The translations under genes and the position numbers were made by a program. This document shows positions 1 through 13,028 of a stretch of DNA of 64,000 bases, piece by piece (within the stretch, counting starts at the first letter, position 1; every line of letters starts with the position of its first letter). Where the stretch lies: contig NC_089434.1 of assembly GCF_026210795.1 (NCBI RefSeq), positions 2,604,001-2,668,000 on the forward strand. Direction: 5' to 3'. The notes under the pieces were generated by a model that was not told the origin of the DNA, made no database searches, and saw nothing but the letters and a program-made list of their open reading frames with translations. Source of the DNA: Rhizophagus irregularis (Eukaryota).

Positions 1-3000
1 ACGTGAATGCTGCTCCTTTGCTGCGACCATCCGACCCGCAAAGCTCTCTTCTAAACAAGTCGTGTATTTATATAATGCTGTTCTTGTACCAAAACTTGAA
101 TATCGGATGCAAGTTACCCACTTGTCTGAATCTGAATGCCACCTAATAACGAGAAGTATACGATCCGTTGTAAAGCACAAAGCGAACTTTTCTCGTTTTT
201 TACCCAACCCCATTCTATTTTTGTCCCAAGCTTTGGGCTTGATTAATTTGTTCGCTCATCAACGACAATGTCATATTACTAATTTATTTTTAATGGCTAA
301 TTCTTCTTCTTCTTTTATTCAATCTCTTTTTATTTACAGATTGTGTTTAATTCAATATAATTTTTTGATTCCTATTTCTCCTTTATTAATTAAGGACTGG
401 TCTATATGGTCTTCTTTATTTTCTTTTAAGAAAGATTATATCGCATGCACTATTGCTCTTCTAACTTCTACTCCCTTTCGTTTGCTTCATACTCAACTTT
501 TGAAGCTTCCAAATTTATCCCTACCAGATGGATGCGTTCCTTTATTCGAATGCACGACGCCTAAAGCCTTTAAAGCTTATTTCCCCATTTTGCGAAACGA
601 CAACTGTTTTATTTATCTCAACTTGTTACTCCTCAAGGAACTCATTTAATTTCTTGGAAGGCTTATTATGACAATTTGGTTGGACGACGTGGCCCTGGCC
701 GTATCCCTTATTGGTACAAAGATATTCAACAAGTTACCACTATTTCTGACTCCAACAATCGTCTGCTGGATCATTTCACTATTACGCCCAAGATTGTCTC
801 TTCATCTTATGAATTGGCTCCCTGTTCATCCTCTCCTTCTACTACAAAAATTGGATTGTCACGTTGGACGATTATGGTTCTCCCATCTTTGGCAAACAAC
901 TCTTGGTCCAAACAAGTCGTGTACTTGTTCTATTGTTCACTGGATTTCTCCTGATTGCGAATCTTCGCCTGGCGATCTCATTAGACTCTCTCCTTGCCCT
1001 GGTTGCGCTGCTTCATACTCCTTTGCCTCCTTCCAAAAAACGGAATGCTGATTTAACCCTTTGTACGCCTACGGTCTCTCTACAACATTCGCTTATTTTG
1101 CCCACTACTAATGAACGAATTAGACGTACTACTTCTGAAGTGGCTTCACCTTTTACTTGGGCTGATATAGAAGATGGTGTCCGTCTTTATTATAGTAGAT
1201 TGGATTTTGATTCCGATTCTTCTTCTGCAGATACCGTTATAGTCTCTAATACTCCGCTCACAATTGAATCCTCGGCTGCTGCTGTCTTTGCAAATTCCCC
1301 GTTGGTCGTTTCCTCGATTCGTGCTATACCTTTTTCTTTTACGCTGATGGGTCTCTTATTAATTTAGGCACTCCCGATGTCTCTATGGGCTGGTCTTGGA
1401 TGCAAATAGTCCCTGATGCAGGTTTTCCTAACTCCATCGCCACTTATGCTCATGGCCTTATACGAGATAATCTCTCTTCTTCTCGAGCTGAGGCTGCTGC
1501 TATATATGCAGTTTTAACTATTTCTCCACGCGACTCAGAAGTTACTATTTATACTGACTCACAAACTGCCATTGATGGCCTTCGAAGTTGTTCTTCTTTT
1601 GTCTACTCAAACAGTCGTCTGTACTACAAAACTACAAATTTTGAGCTTTGGGCGATTATTGAGCGAACCATCCTTTCCAAAAATCTGACAGTTTTTCCTG
1701 TTAAAGTTAAAGCTCACTCCGGCAATTATTTAAACGATTTTGCTGATTCCTTGGCCAATACTGCCCATACCGCGTCATCTAGTATTCTGATCTCCGGAAT
1801 GGACCTGGCCTCTGCTCATGATTTTGTCTTAGTGTATGATAACGATGTTGTTTGTGAATCTAATCCGCGACACCTTCTCAAACTATATTATCAAACGCAG
1901 TTAATGCGTGATTTGTTAAATTTAACGCGTTTTCACTTCACTTCTTTATTGACATCTAATATAGATTATATTATTGACTGGAAATTACTTGGTTTACTTT
2001 AAATTTCAAGCCCTCTCATGATGCATCTTTTACTCCCGACCACGCATCAAGACACTTAACCTTTAAATTCAAACTTTTCTTGGATGATTTGCCTACTTTG
2101 GAAAAGCTGAAACGGACTCGACCAGATTTATACATGGACGAATTAACTTGCCGTTCTTGTATCGACCGCATGGAAGACCTGATGCACCTTTTTATGTGCA
2201 AAAATCGTCGTCTACCTATGCAACAGATTCTTCAATCTTATCAAAACCATTTGCTTTCTAAACTTCTGGAAGCTGGAAACATGGCTGATATTGACCTTAC
2301 TCCACTTATCGCTAAACTTACCTCTTTTTCATGCTGGTCCTTTTCTTCTACTAATTGGTCCTCTTATGCCCTTGTCCGTGGTTGTTTGCCTAAACTCTTT
2401 ATTGACTTATTTGTCGATTTATCCATCCCAAGGAACTCTGCGATTAAGGTTATCGCTGCTATTCACAATAATTTTGTTCAAAAATTCAGACGACGAATTT
2501 GGAATCCGCGTTCTTATGATAAAAGTAGATGGGAAAACGCGATGAATATTACCTACAAGATGAAAACTACTCTGATGCCTTCTAATTTGCCTTTGTCAAC
2601 GTACATACCTTACTCATCTTTACCACCTCTCGACCCTACACGATTCACGCGACTCCAGAACCGATTGGTTAGTTAACTCGATGAAATATGGTTTGCCTTG
2701 GTTTAATCACTTTTCGGGTTTTATGGGTCGTCTAACGGTGCTACTTAATAACAGCTTTTGCAGGATGGAGTGTCGATTTTTATAGTGGGCGCGCTATTCG
2801 TTATTTTGTTAGCATAGTTGCTTCTACTTTGTTTGAAATATATCAACGGGGAAGATCTGGGGAAATTTAGTGTAATGCGATTTTTCTTTTTTAGATTAAT
2901 TTTTTTACTTTATTTTTTCTTAGGAGACTATATAGCTTTGTTTTTAGTTAGTTTTATTTTTATATTTTTCTTTTTATTTTTGTAAATTGTAAAGTTCGAA

Positions 3001-3060
3001 TAAAATTAATAAAGATAAAGGCTACTATGCCATGTTTGCCTGGTTTTTGACTAGTAAAAA
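1..3060 (+). mobile_element. Non-LTR retrotransposon (LINE) copy 1, cut by window start; RT C-terminus, RNase H, C-terminal Cys/His knuckle, 3' UTR; frameshifted
   Basis: ORF pieces 62-649, 1385-2002 (RNase H motifs SSSRAEAAAI, IYTDSQ, KVKAHSG, NDFADSLA) and 2080-2676 (CRSCIDRMEDLMHLFMC); T-rich 3' UTR ending gactagt + aaaaa; closely similar to 3925-6979. Confidence 0.9.
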
Positions 3061-6000
3061 TACTCGCCCCATTACTCTACTTGAAGTGATTAGAATATCT
3101 CTTGTCAAACTTTTTTATAATCGCCTTTCTACTATTATGGCCTCACATAATGTCCTTGAAAGCGTAACAATTACGCCTGCTTCCTTCCCAGCTGGGTTCT
3201 TGCCGTGACCCTATTATTACTCTAGAATCTATTATCCATGACGCTGATATCAACAAAAATCCACTTTGGATTCTTTCCCAAGATATTTCTAAAGCTTTTG
3301 ACTCAGTTGATCTAACAATGTTACGTTTCGCTTTAGAACGTATACGTCTTCCAGCCTCCGCTGTTAAGTTTATCCTTTCCTTTTTCACGAAACGCACTAA
3401 TCGCGTTTTCACTGCTCATGGATCTACGCCTGCTTATAGAGTTCGCATTGGTATTGACCAAGGCGAAGTTATCTCTCCTCTTTTATGGGTTATTTATATT
3501 GATCCCTTACTTACTGTTTTGAAGAATGAAATGATGGACCCTTATGTTCTTTCTACACCGTCTTTAATTGATTCTCCAACTTCTTCTCCTGATTTGAAGA
3601 TTAATAATTTAGTTTTTATGGATGACTCTACTCTTATTTTCTCGTCAAAAGCTGGCATGGCATTTATGTTATCCATTACTGAAGAATTTTACCAAATCAA
3701 TAACACTTCTGCCAATCACAACAAATATGTGTTAATCACTAATTCGTTGCCTTTGACTTCGAATTCCACTTTACTCCCTATTACTTTTAACTTGGATTTA
3801 TCCTCTTTAAATAGTGTTCCTTCTATTACTATTACCCCAATTTCCATGACAACTTCTTTTCGTTTTTTAGGTGTTTGGTTTAACATTAAGAGCTCCCGTG
3901 ATTTTGTCAAAAAACAACTCAAACGCGAATGCTGCTCCTTTGCTGCGACCATCCGACCTGCAAAGCTCTCTCCTAAACAAGTCGTGTATTTACATAATGC
4001 TGTTCTTATACCAAAACTTGAATATCGAATGCAAGTTACCCACTTGTCCGAATCTGACTGCCACCTAATAACGAGAAGTATACGATCTGTTGTAAAGCAT
4101 AAAGCAAATTTTTCTCGTTTTTTACCCAATCCTATTTTATTTTTATCTCAAGCCTTGGGCTTGATTAATTTGTTTGCTCATCAACGACAATGTCATATTA
4201 CTAATTTATTTTTAATGGCTAATTCTTCTTCTTTTTTTATTCAATCTCTTTTTATTTATAGATTGTGTTTAATTCAATATAATTTTTTGATTCCTATTTC
4301 TCCTTTGTTAATTAAGGACTGGACTATATAGTCTTCTCTATTTTCCTTTAAGAAAGATTATATCGCATGCACTATTGCTCTTTTAACTTCTACTCCCTTT
4401 CGTTTGCTTCATACTCAACTTTCGAAGCTTCCGAATTTATCTCTGTTAGATGGATGTGTTCCTTTATTCGAATGCATGACGCCTAAAGCCTTTAAAGCTT
4501 ATTTCCCCATTTTGCGGAAACGACAACTGTTTTATTTATCTCAGCTTGTTACTCCTCAAGGAACTCATTTAATTTCTTGGAAGGCTTACTATGACAATTT
4601 GGTTGGACATCGTGACTCTGGCCATATCCCTTATTGGTACAAAGATATTCAACAAGTTACCACTATTTCTGACTCCAACAATCGTTTGCTGAATCATTTT
4701 AATATTACGCCTACGATTGTCTCTTCATCATATGATTTGGCTCCTTGTTTGTCCTCTCCTCCTACTACAAAAAATTGGATTGTCACGTTGGATGATTATG
4801 GTTCTCCTTTTTTTGGCAAACAACTTTTGGTTCAAGCAAGTCGTGGTACTTGTTCTATTGTTCACTGGATTTCTCCTGATTGTGAATCTTCGCCTGATGA
4901 TCTCATTAGACTTTCTCCTTGCCCTGGTTGCGCTGCTCATACTCCTTTGCCTCCTTCCAAAAAACGGAATGCTGATTTAACCCTTTGTACGCCTTTACTG
5001 GTATCTCTGACATTCGGCTTATTCTACGCTACCCAATGAACGGATTAGACGTACTACTTCTGAAGTGACGTCTCCCTTTACTTGGGCTGATATAAAAGAT
5101 GGTGTTCGTCTTTATTATAGTAGATTGGATTTTGATTCTGATTCTCCTTCTGCAGATACCGCTGTAGCTTCTGTTACTCCTGTTACTATTGAATCCTCGG
5201 CTGCTGCTGTTTTTGCAAATTCCCTGCTGGTCGTTTCCTCAGATTCGCGCTATATCTTTTTCACTGATGGGTCTCTTATTAATTTAGGCACTCCAGATGT
5301 TTCTATAGGCTGGTCTTGGATGCAAATAGTCCCTGATGCAAGTTTTCCTAACTCCATCGCCACTTATGCTCACGGCCTTATACGAGATAATCCTTCTTCT
5401 TCTCGAGCTGAAGCTGCTGCTATTTACGCAGTTTTAACTATTTCTCCACGCGACTCAGAAGTTACTATTTATACTGACTCGCAAACTGCCATTGATGGTC
5501 TTCGAAGTTGCTCTTCCTTTGTCTATTCAAATAGTCGTCTATACTTCAAAACTACAAATTTTGAGCTTTGGGCTATTATTGAGCGAACCATTCTCTCCAA
5601 GAATTTAACCGTCCTTCCCGTCAAAGTTAAAGCTCATTCTGGCAATTATTTAAACGATTTTGCTGATTCCTTGGCCAATACTGCTCATACTGCGTCATCC
5701 AGTATTTTGATTTCTGGAATGGACCTGGCCTCTGCTCATGATTTTGTCTTAACTTATGATAACGATGTTGTCTGTGAATCTAATCTGTGACACCTTCTCA
5801 AACAATATTATCAAACGCAGTTAATGCGTGATTTGTTAGACTTAACGCGATTTCATTTTATTTCTTTATTATCATCTAATGTAGATTATATTGTCGACTG
5901 GGATCTTACCTGGTTCACTTTAAATTTCAAGCCTTCTTATGATGCATCCTTTACTCCTGAGCACGCTTCAAGACACCTAACCTTTAAATTCAAACTTTTC

Positions 6001-6979
6001 TTGGATGATTTGCCTACATTGGAAAAGCTTAAACGAACTCGACCAGACTTATACATGGACGAATTAACTTGCCGTTCTTGTATCGACCGCATGGAAGACC
6101 TGATGCACCTTTTTATGTGCAAAAAACGTCGTCTGCCTATGCAACAAATTCTTCAATCTTATCAAAATCATTTGATTTCCAAAATCGTAGAAGCCAGAAA
6201 ATTGGCTGATATTGATCTTACTCCATTCATTGCTAAACTTGCTTTTCTTTCATGCTGGTCCTTTTCTTCTCACAAATTGGTCCTCCTATGCCCTGCTCCA
6301 ATTAAGGTTGTTTACCCAAACTCTTTATTGACTTATTTGACAACTTATCCATTCCAAGGATTTCTGCGATAAAGGTTATCGCTGCTATTCACAATAATTT
6401 TGTCCAAAAATTCAGATGCCGAATTTGGAATCCGCGTTCTTATGAAAAAAGTAGATGGGAAAACGCGATGAATATTACTTATAAGTTGAAAACTACTCCG
6501 AAGTCATCTAATTTGCCTTTGTCAACGTACATACCTTACTTATCTTTACCACCTCTGACCCTACACGATTCACGTGACTCCGGAACCGATTGGTTGAAGA
6601 ACTCGATGAAATATGGTTTGCCTTGGTTTAATCACTTTTCGGGTTTTATGGGTCGTCTAACGGTGCTACTTAATAACAGCTTTTGCAGAATGGAGTGTCA
6701 ATTTTTATAGTGGGCGCGCTATTCGTTATTTTGTTAGCATAGTTGCTTCTACTTTGGTTGGAATATATCGGGGGAAGATGCGGGAAATTTAGTGTAATGC
6801 GATTTTTCTTTTTCAGATTAATTTTTTTTACTTTATTTTTTCTTAGGAGACTATATAGCTTTGTTTTTAGTTAGTTTTATTTTTATATTTTTCTTTTTAT
6901 TTTTGTAAATTGTAAAAGTTCGAATAAATTTAATAAAGATAAAGGCTACTATGCCATGTTTGCCTGGTTTTTGACTAGT
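3056..6979 (+). mobile_element. LINE copy 2, 5'-truncated within the RT domain, in tandem with copy 1; degenerate
   Basis: RT motifs TRPITLLE (~3062), QDISKAFDSV, GIDQGEVISPLLW, FMDD; RNase H FFTDGS in ORF 5065-5790; zinc knuckle in 5824-6372; premature stops; same 3' UTR as copy 1. Confidence 0.92.
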
Positions 6980-7671
6980 GCCTGTCGTACACTTTTGAAA
7001 TTTTTTGGAAAGTTATATCGTACTGTGGTACAAATTTCCTTTTTGGGTGCTCATGTGAAGTGACTTTTGTCATACACTTAATAGTCAACAATAAAAAAAA
7101 TTTGTTGTACACTCAATTAGTGGTAAAAAGACTTTGTTGTACATTTAATTTATAATATAGAAAGTTTTGGTGTACACTTTTAACCAAATTGATAATTTTT
7201 ATTATTAGTTATAAGATTTATATTAAGACAAAACTTAAAATAATTGCACATTAATATAAAAATTAATAGTTGTGAAGTTACGATAACTGGTTAATCATTT
7301 TATATTATTAATTTATTAATATTTAATGAATTATTTTTCACCATTTTTTCGCAATGTTATATAAATATATTTAAAAAAGTATTTACCCAAGATATATAAA
7401 AAAACTAATAAATATTATTAAATAAATTAATGAAATTTATTTTAATTGACTTATTATTAAAAAACTTTTATTAATAAATAACAAAAATGTTTCTTATTTA
7501 ATCTAATTAGCATAGTCGTACATTTTGCAATTTTATTCAATTGCTTTGAATGTACATTTTGGCTAAATTTGGAGCAAATATTAAACATTCATCGTACAAT
7601 ATAAAAAAATTTTTGCTGATGTCATACATTTAAGCAAAATTTTGCTGTACACTTTGACACTTTCTCAGACA
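6980..7671. repeat. Probable non-autonomous DNA element or remnant with (T)GTCGTACAC-like motifs clustered at both ends
   Basis: About ten variants of tgtcgtacact at ~6984-7180 and ~7515-7655 around an AT-only core; no TSD resolved. Confidence 0.35.
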
Positions 7672-7689
7672 AAGTTCACTATATAACAA

Positions 7690-9994
7690 ACGTTCGTATT
7701 CAGGGGCCCTCTTGAAGGATGAAATTGTGTCAAACGGTCTTGGCTGAGAGAGAGGTTAAAAAGCCAGAATTAATATATCCATTTGTACTGATTCATCAAC
7801 AATTGAAAACTCTATATCGTTGGTCTCACTTTAAACGGTTACTTCGACATTAGTCAAATTATCGACAATTCGATAACATACTGACCGATATATATGACAG
7901 TCAAATCTGGAAAACATTAAGAGAAACTGACGATGAAAATTCAGCAAAATTTTTCTGACCAGAAGTAGTCAATTCACATCTAGGACTAATGATAAACTTT
8001 GATTGGTTCCAGTTCTACGATAATACATTTTATAGTATCAGGGTAATTTACGCGGCTATCTGTAATTTACCCTGTGACATTTGGTTCAAATGCGAAAATT
8101 CGCTAGTTCTCAGTCTACTACCAGGACTGAACGAAGTAAGCTTGCACAAGATTAATCATTATATTGTGCCTATTGTCAATGAATTAGAGTTACTATGGAT
8201 TGAAATAACTTTAAATCAAACATTTGAGTGCCAAAATGGAAAAAATATTCATGCGACTTTAGTACTAATTTCGTGTGATATTCCTGCTGTTCAAAAAATA
8301 TGCAGGCATATTTTAGCTTTGGTTTCTTGCCATCGGTGTATGAAATGAGCAAATTATGAAAACAACTAACATAATTTTGCAAATATGGAGGATATGGAGA
8401 ATTGGTTCATTACTCGTGATTCGACTGAACATCATCGGAATGCTCTTGCATGGCGAAGTTGCAATTCCACCAATTCAAGAAAGAATTTCGTTAGTGAAAA
8501 AGGGGTTAGGTGGTCGGAGTTACTTTGATTGCCGTACTTTGACCTAATTCATTTTATTATTGTAGATCCAATGCACTGCTTATTCTTAGAAATTGCGAGA
8601 TGGATAATGAAGAGGATTTGGATCGATGAGGGTGTTTTAACCCTGAATGATCTAAAGAAGATTCAAGAAAAAATGAATTAATTCAAAATACTGGCTGATT
8701 TAAGACGAATTCCTGGAATATTGAGCGCAGAAAAGGGTTTTTGAACTATACAGCTGATTAGTGGCAAATTTTCTTTATAATCTATGCAACTACCTTATTG
8801 TGGAAACATTTACCGTCAAAAGATCAAAAAATCTTGACACATTTCGTTCGAGTTTATTCTATTTTAGTAAGCCGAATTTTAAAAATTGAATTAATGGAAG
8901 AAGCTCATGAGAGGCTAATTAAAATAATTAAGCTTATTGAAGTACACTATGGAAGAGTAAAAATTACACCTAATCTTCACCTTTCGCTCCATTTGTGCGA
9001 TTATTCAAATGATTTTGGTCCATTGTATGCATTTTGGTGTTTTTCATTTGAGCGTATGAATGGAATACTCGGTAAGATATTCTTTTTTTTACTTTTTTTA
9101 CTTTATTCGGATGTTTACATTGTTGATCTTATTTTTAATAATTTTTAAGACTCGTTGCCAACAAGTAATAAACAAATTGAACTGGAAATAATGCGTCAGA
9201 TAATGAATGATAATCAAATTGGAGATATCATTAGTTCTGACATTCAAACAAAAGGCTTAGAATTGCTTGAAGATCAACCCACAACTGGTTCAATATTGGC
9301 TGCAGACCAATTTTCTTTAGATGAACTAGAGCAGTTTTGGCTAAATGCTAAAAACATACAGGAATCAACTATTACTGGATGCGAGCCATTTTCTAAAGAA
9401 ATGCTGAAGCCTAATTCTGAAGCAATAATGACCGAATCAATGCTTGAACTGATGGTTGTTTTTTATAATGCTTCTTATATCAAAATGTACAAGTTTCGCA
9501 AATCAGCAGATGAAATTATCCAAGATTCTATAACAATTCGAGTAAAGATAAATCAATTTGGAAGATGCCGAATTGGTTCTGAAGTATTTGGCTTCGCAAT
9601 GTCAGTTCGACATACAAAAAGCTCGTGTGTTCTAGCCAAATTTATAACTAGTGATGGAGAAGTCGACAGTTATCCTGGACAAATTCAATACTTCTTCAAA
9701 CATACAGTCGACTTGCCAAATGGACAAATGGAACATAATTTGGCATATATTTGTTGGTATCGACCAGCTAGTATGAGTGAAAGTTGATATTATTTTCATA
9801 TTGATAATGAAGATGAGAGCTGTAACGTCGAGTTGTGGAAATCTGAATTTTATAATGAAAGTCGCGATTGTATTATTCCTGTACATAATATCCTTTGTCG
9901 ATTTATACCATCAAAATATCAAATTTCTACTCAGAGTAATGCTATTGAATATTTGGCGATTAATCCAATTAATCGCAAACTTCAAATTCGTTAA
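7690..9994 (+). pseudogene. CACTA/En-Spm (Tnp2-family-like) transposase pseudogene
   Basis: INFDWFQ..ICNLP, ISCDIPA, VDPMHCLFL, KITPNLHLSLHL..FGPLYAFWCFSFERMNGILG; intron ~9072-9149; several in-frame stops and frameshifts. Confidence 0.8.
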
Positions 9995-10055
9995 TAATTA
10001 AGTATTTTGGTAAAAATCAGCTAAATTATTTTTTTTATTTTTTTAATTTTTATAA

Positions 10056-12898
10056 GGATAAATCTAATTGTAACAGCCTGTTACGCATCTTATTTGTAAC
10101 AACCCCCAATTTTATCCAATTAAAATTTAAGATCAGGCGTAATGTAAACAAAAACAAAAGATCAGTCATGTAAGCTAAGACAAAAAGAATTTTTCAAGAA
10201 ACTGCTTATAACTTAAAATTTTGTCTATGAAACTGTCTTAAATACATTAAGTAAAAGTTTTCCAAATTAAATTTTGCATATAAAAATTTTATTTGTGAAA
10301 CACATTAAATTTATTATTAAAAAAAAATAAAAAAAAGGATGTTACAAATAAGATATGTAACAGGCTGTTACAAATACATTTTTTCTTTTTATAATTACTT
10401 GACGAGAGACACGTTTATTAGACGAAATTTTATTTTATGAAAAGATTCTTTTGTAGTATTTTTATTATAATTACTTGTCAAAAAAGCAAGTCGAAATTCA
10501 TTTTACAATAAAAATTTTTGTTAATGATTATGCACTGAATATAAACAATGTAAACAAAGTATAAAATTTGAATTAAAAAATAATGTTTTTTACTATTTGG
10601 CAAAATTGTGTCAATTTATATGACCAATCGGCAAAATTTACTGAACGAGCCTTAAAGGAACAAGTTTTCGTATAACAATCGGTATAAGTCAATTTTTCGC
10701 AAAAGACTGAATGAGTTTTTGTTTAACAATCAGTATCAGTCGATTTGTAATTGATTTTACCGATTTTTGCCGATTGGTCAAAAAATGTGACGAATTACAT
10801 GACCAATCAGCAAAAATTATGCCAAAAACGTTTAACGGTCAAAAGTTTTGATTTTGACCAGTGTATTATTGTAAAAAAGATCTTTTTTCTTTCTATATGC
10901 TGATTCTTCATATAACAGATAATGAAAATACTTAAACTTCAATTTTTTCTAATCTGGTATTAATCTAGCAGCTAATCTTATAATTTGGTATGTAAAATTT
11001 TAGATAAATTTTGAATTTTTTCAATGTAATATGTATAAAAGTGGGTATAAATTCTGAAATTTTTTGGGGTAAATTTCTTTAAATCTGATCATTTTCCCCC
11101 ACATTATATATAATTGTCCGGAATTCTGTTACAATTATGTAAAGAATATAATAAATTGCTCAGCATCTAATGATCGTAGAAAGATGCAACACAGCTTGTT
11201 GGAATCATCTCATTGAGACAAATCGAATGGTAGTAGTTTCATCTTTCTATGATCACTAGCTGATGAGATATTTAGCGAAACATCAAAAATCGGCATTTTA
11301 ATATTTCTTGATTTATGTTTACTGCGCCACTAAACGTTTTGCTTAATTTCTTAGCATCTAGTAATTGTAAAAATATGATTAATAGCTCTTTAGAATCGCC
11401 TAATTGAGACAAATCGAATAGTAGTAAGATTATCTTTCTAAGTATGATAGATCGCAAGCTATACAAATAAATGTTAAAATGATAAATTATTAGATAATTC
11501 GCGGTTTATTGCACCTAGAAAGATGATCTTACCACCATTCGATTCGTCTCGATTAGGCGATTCTAAAGAGCTATTGATCATATTTTTACAATCACTAGAT
11601 GCTAAGAAATTAACCAAAACGTTTAGCGGCGCAGTAAACATAAATCAAGAAATATTAAAATGCCGATTTTTGATGTTTTGCTAAATATCTCATCAGCTAG
11701 TTATTGTAGAAAGATGAAACTACTACCATTCGATTTGTCTCAATGAGATGATTCCAACGAGCTGTGTTGCATCTTTCTACGATCATTGGATGCTGAGCAA
11801 TTTATTATATTTTTTACATAATTGTAACAGAATTCCGGACAATTATATATAATGTGGGGGGAAAATGATCAGATTTGAAGAAATTTACCCAAAAAATTTC
11901 AGAATTTATACCCACTTTTATACATATTACATTGAAAAAATTCAAAATTTATCTAAAATTTTACATACCAAATTATAAGATTAGCTGTGCTAGATTAATA
12001 CCAGATTAGAAAAAAATTGAAGTTTAAGTATTTTCATTATCTGTTATATGAAGAATCAGCATATAGAAAGAAAAAAGATCTTTTTTACAATAATACACTG
12101 GTCAAAATCAAAACTTTTGACCGTTAAAAGTTTTTGGCATAATTTTTGCTGATTGGTCATGTGATTCGTCACATTTTTTGACCAATGGCAAAAATCGGTA
12201 AAATCAATTACAAATCGACTGATACTGATTGTTAAACAAAAACTCATTCAGTCTTTTGGTGAAAAATTGACTTATACCGATTGTTATACGAAAACTTGTT
12301 CCTTTAAGGTCGTTCAGTAAATTTTGCCGATTGGTCATATAAATTGACACAATTTTGCCAAATAGTAAAAAACATTATTTTTTAATTCAAATTTTATACT
12401 TTGTTTACATTGTTTATATTCAGTGCATAATCATTAACAAAAATTTTTATTGTAAAATGAATTTCGACTTGTTTTTTGACAAGTAATTATAATAAAAATA
12501 CTACAAAAGAATCTTTTCATAAAATAAAATTTCGTCTAATAAACGTGTCTCTCGTCAAGTAATTATAAAAAGAAAAAATGTATTTGTAACAGCCTGTTAC
12601 ATATCTTATTTGTAACATCCTTTTTTTTATTTTTTTTTAATAATAAATTTAATGTGTTTTACAAATAAAATTTTTATATGCAAAATTTAATTTGGAAAAC
12701 TTTTACTTAATGTATTTAAGACAGTTTCATAGACAAAATTTTAAGTTATAAGCAGTTTCTTGAAAAATTCTTTTGTCTTAGTTACACGACTGATCTTTTG
12801 TTTTTGTTTACATTACGCCTGATCTTAAATTTTAATTGGATAAAATTGGGGTTGTTACAAATAAGACGCGTAACAGGCTGTTACAATTAGATTTATCC
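10056..12898. repeat. ~2.84 kb inverted repeat (palindrome), ~1.4 kb arms, short central spacer near 11460-11495
   Basis: 10056 ggataaatctaattgtaacagcctgttac... is the reverse complement of ...gtaacaggctgttacaattagatttatcc 12898; the match can be followed inward to about 11455/11500. Confidence 0.95.
10069..10372. mobile_element. ~300 bp MITE-like element inside the left palindrome arm (mirror copy 12585-12885)
   Basis: Terminal inverted repeats tgtaacagcctgttac(gc/at)atcttatttgtaaca at both ends. Confidence 0.65.
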
Positions 12899-13028
12899 AT
12901 TAATTAATTATTGTTGATTAATAAAAAAAATATTTTTTATTCTAGACTATGTACAAGATATTTAATGGAGATGCTAATTATGTATTCATATATTCAAATT
13001 CTTATCCAATATATTCGTCACAGATGTG

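Noticed and set aside
2016..6122. Minus-strand and alternate-frame ORFs over the LINE copies
   Set aside because: Shadows of the plus-strand RT/RNase H frame
7677..7700. CACTA pentamer as a left TIR of the Tnp2 relic
   Set aside because: It falls in decayed coding sequence and no matching TAGTG end with a TSD was found
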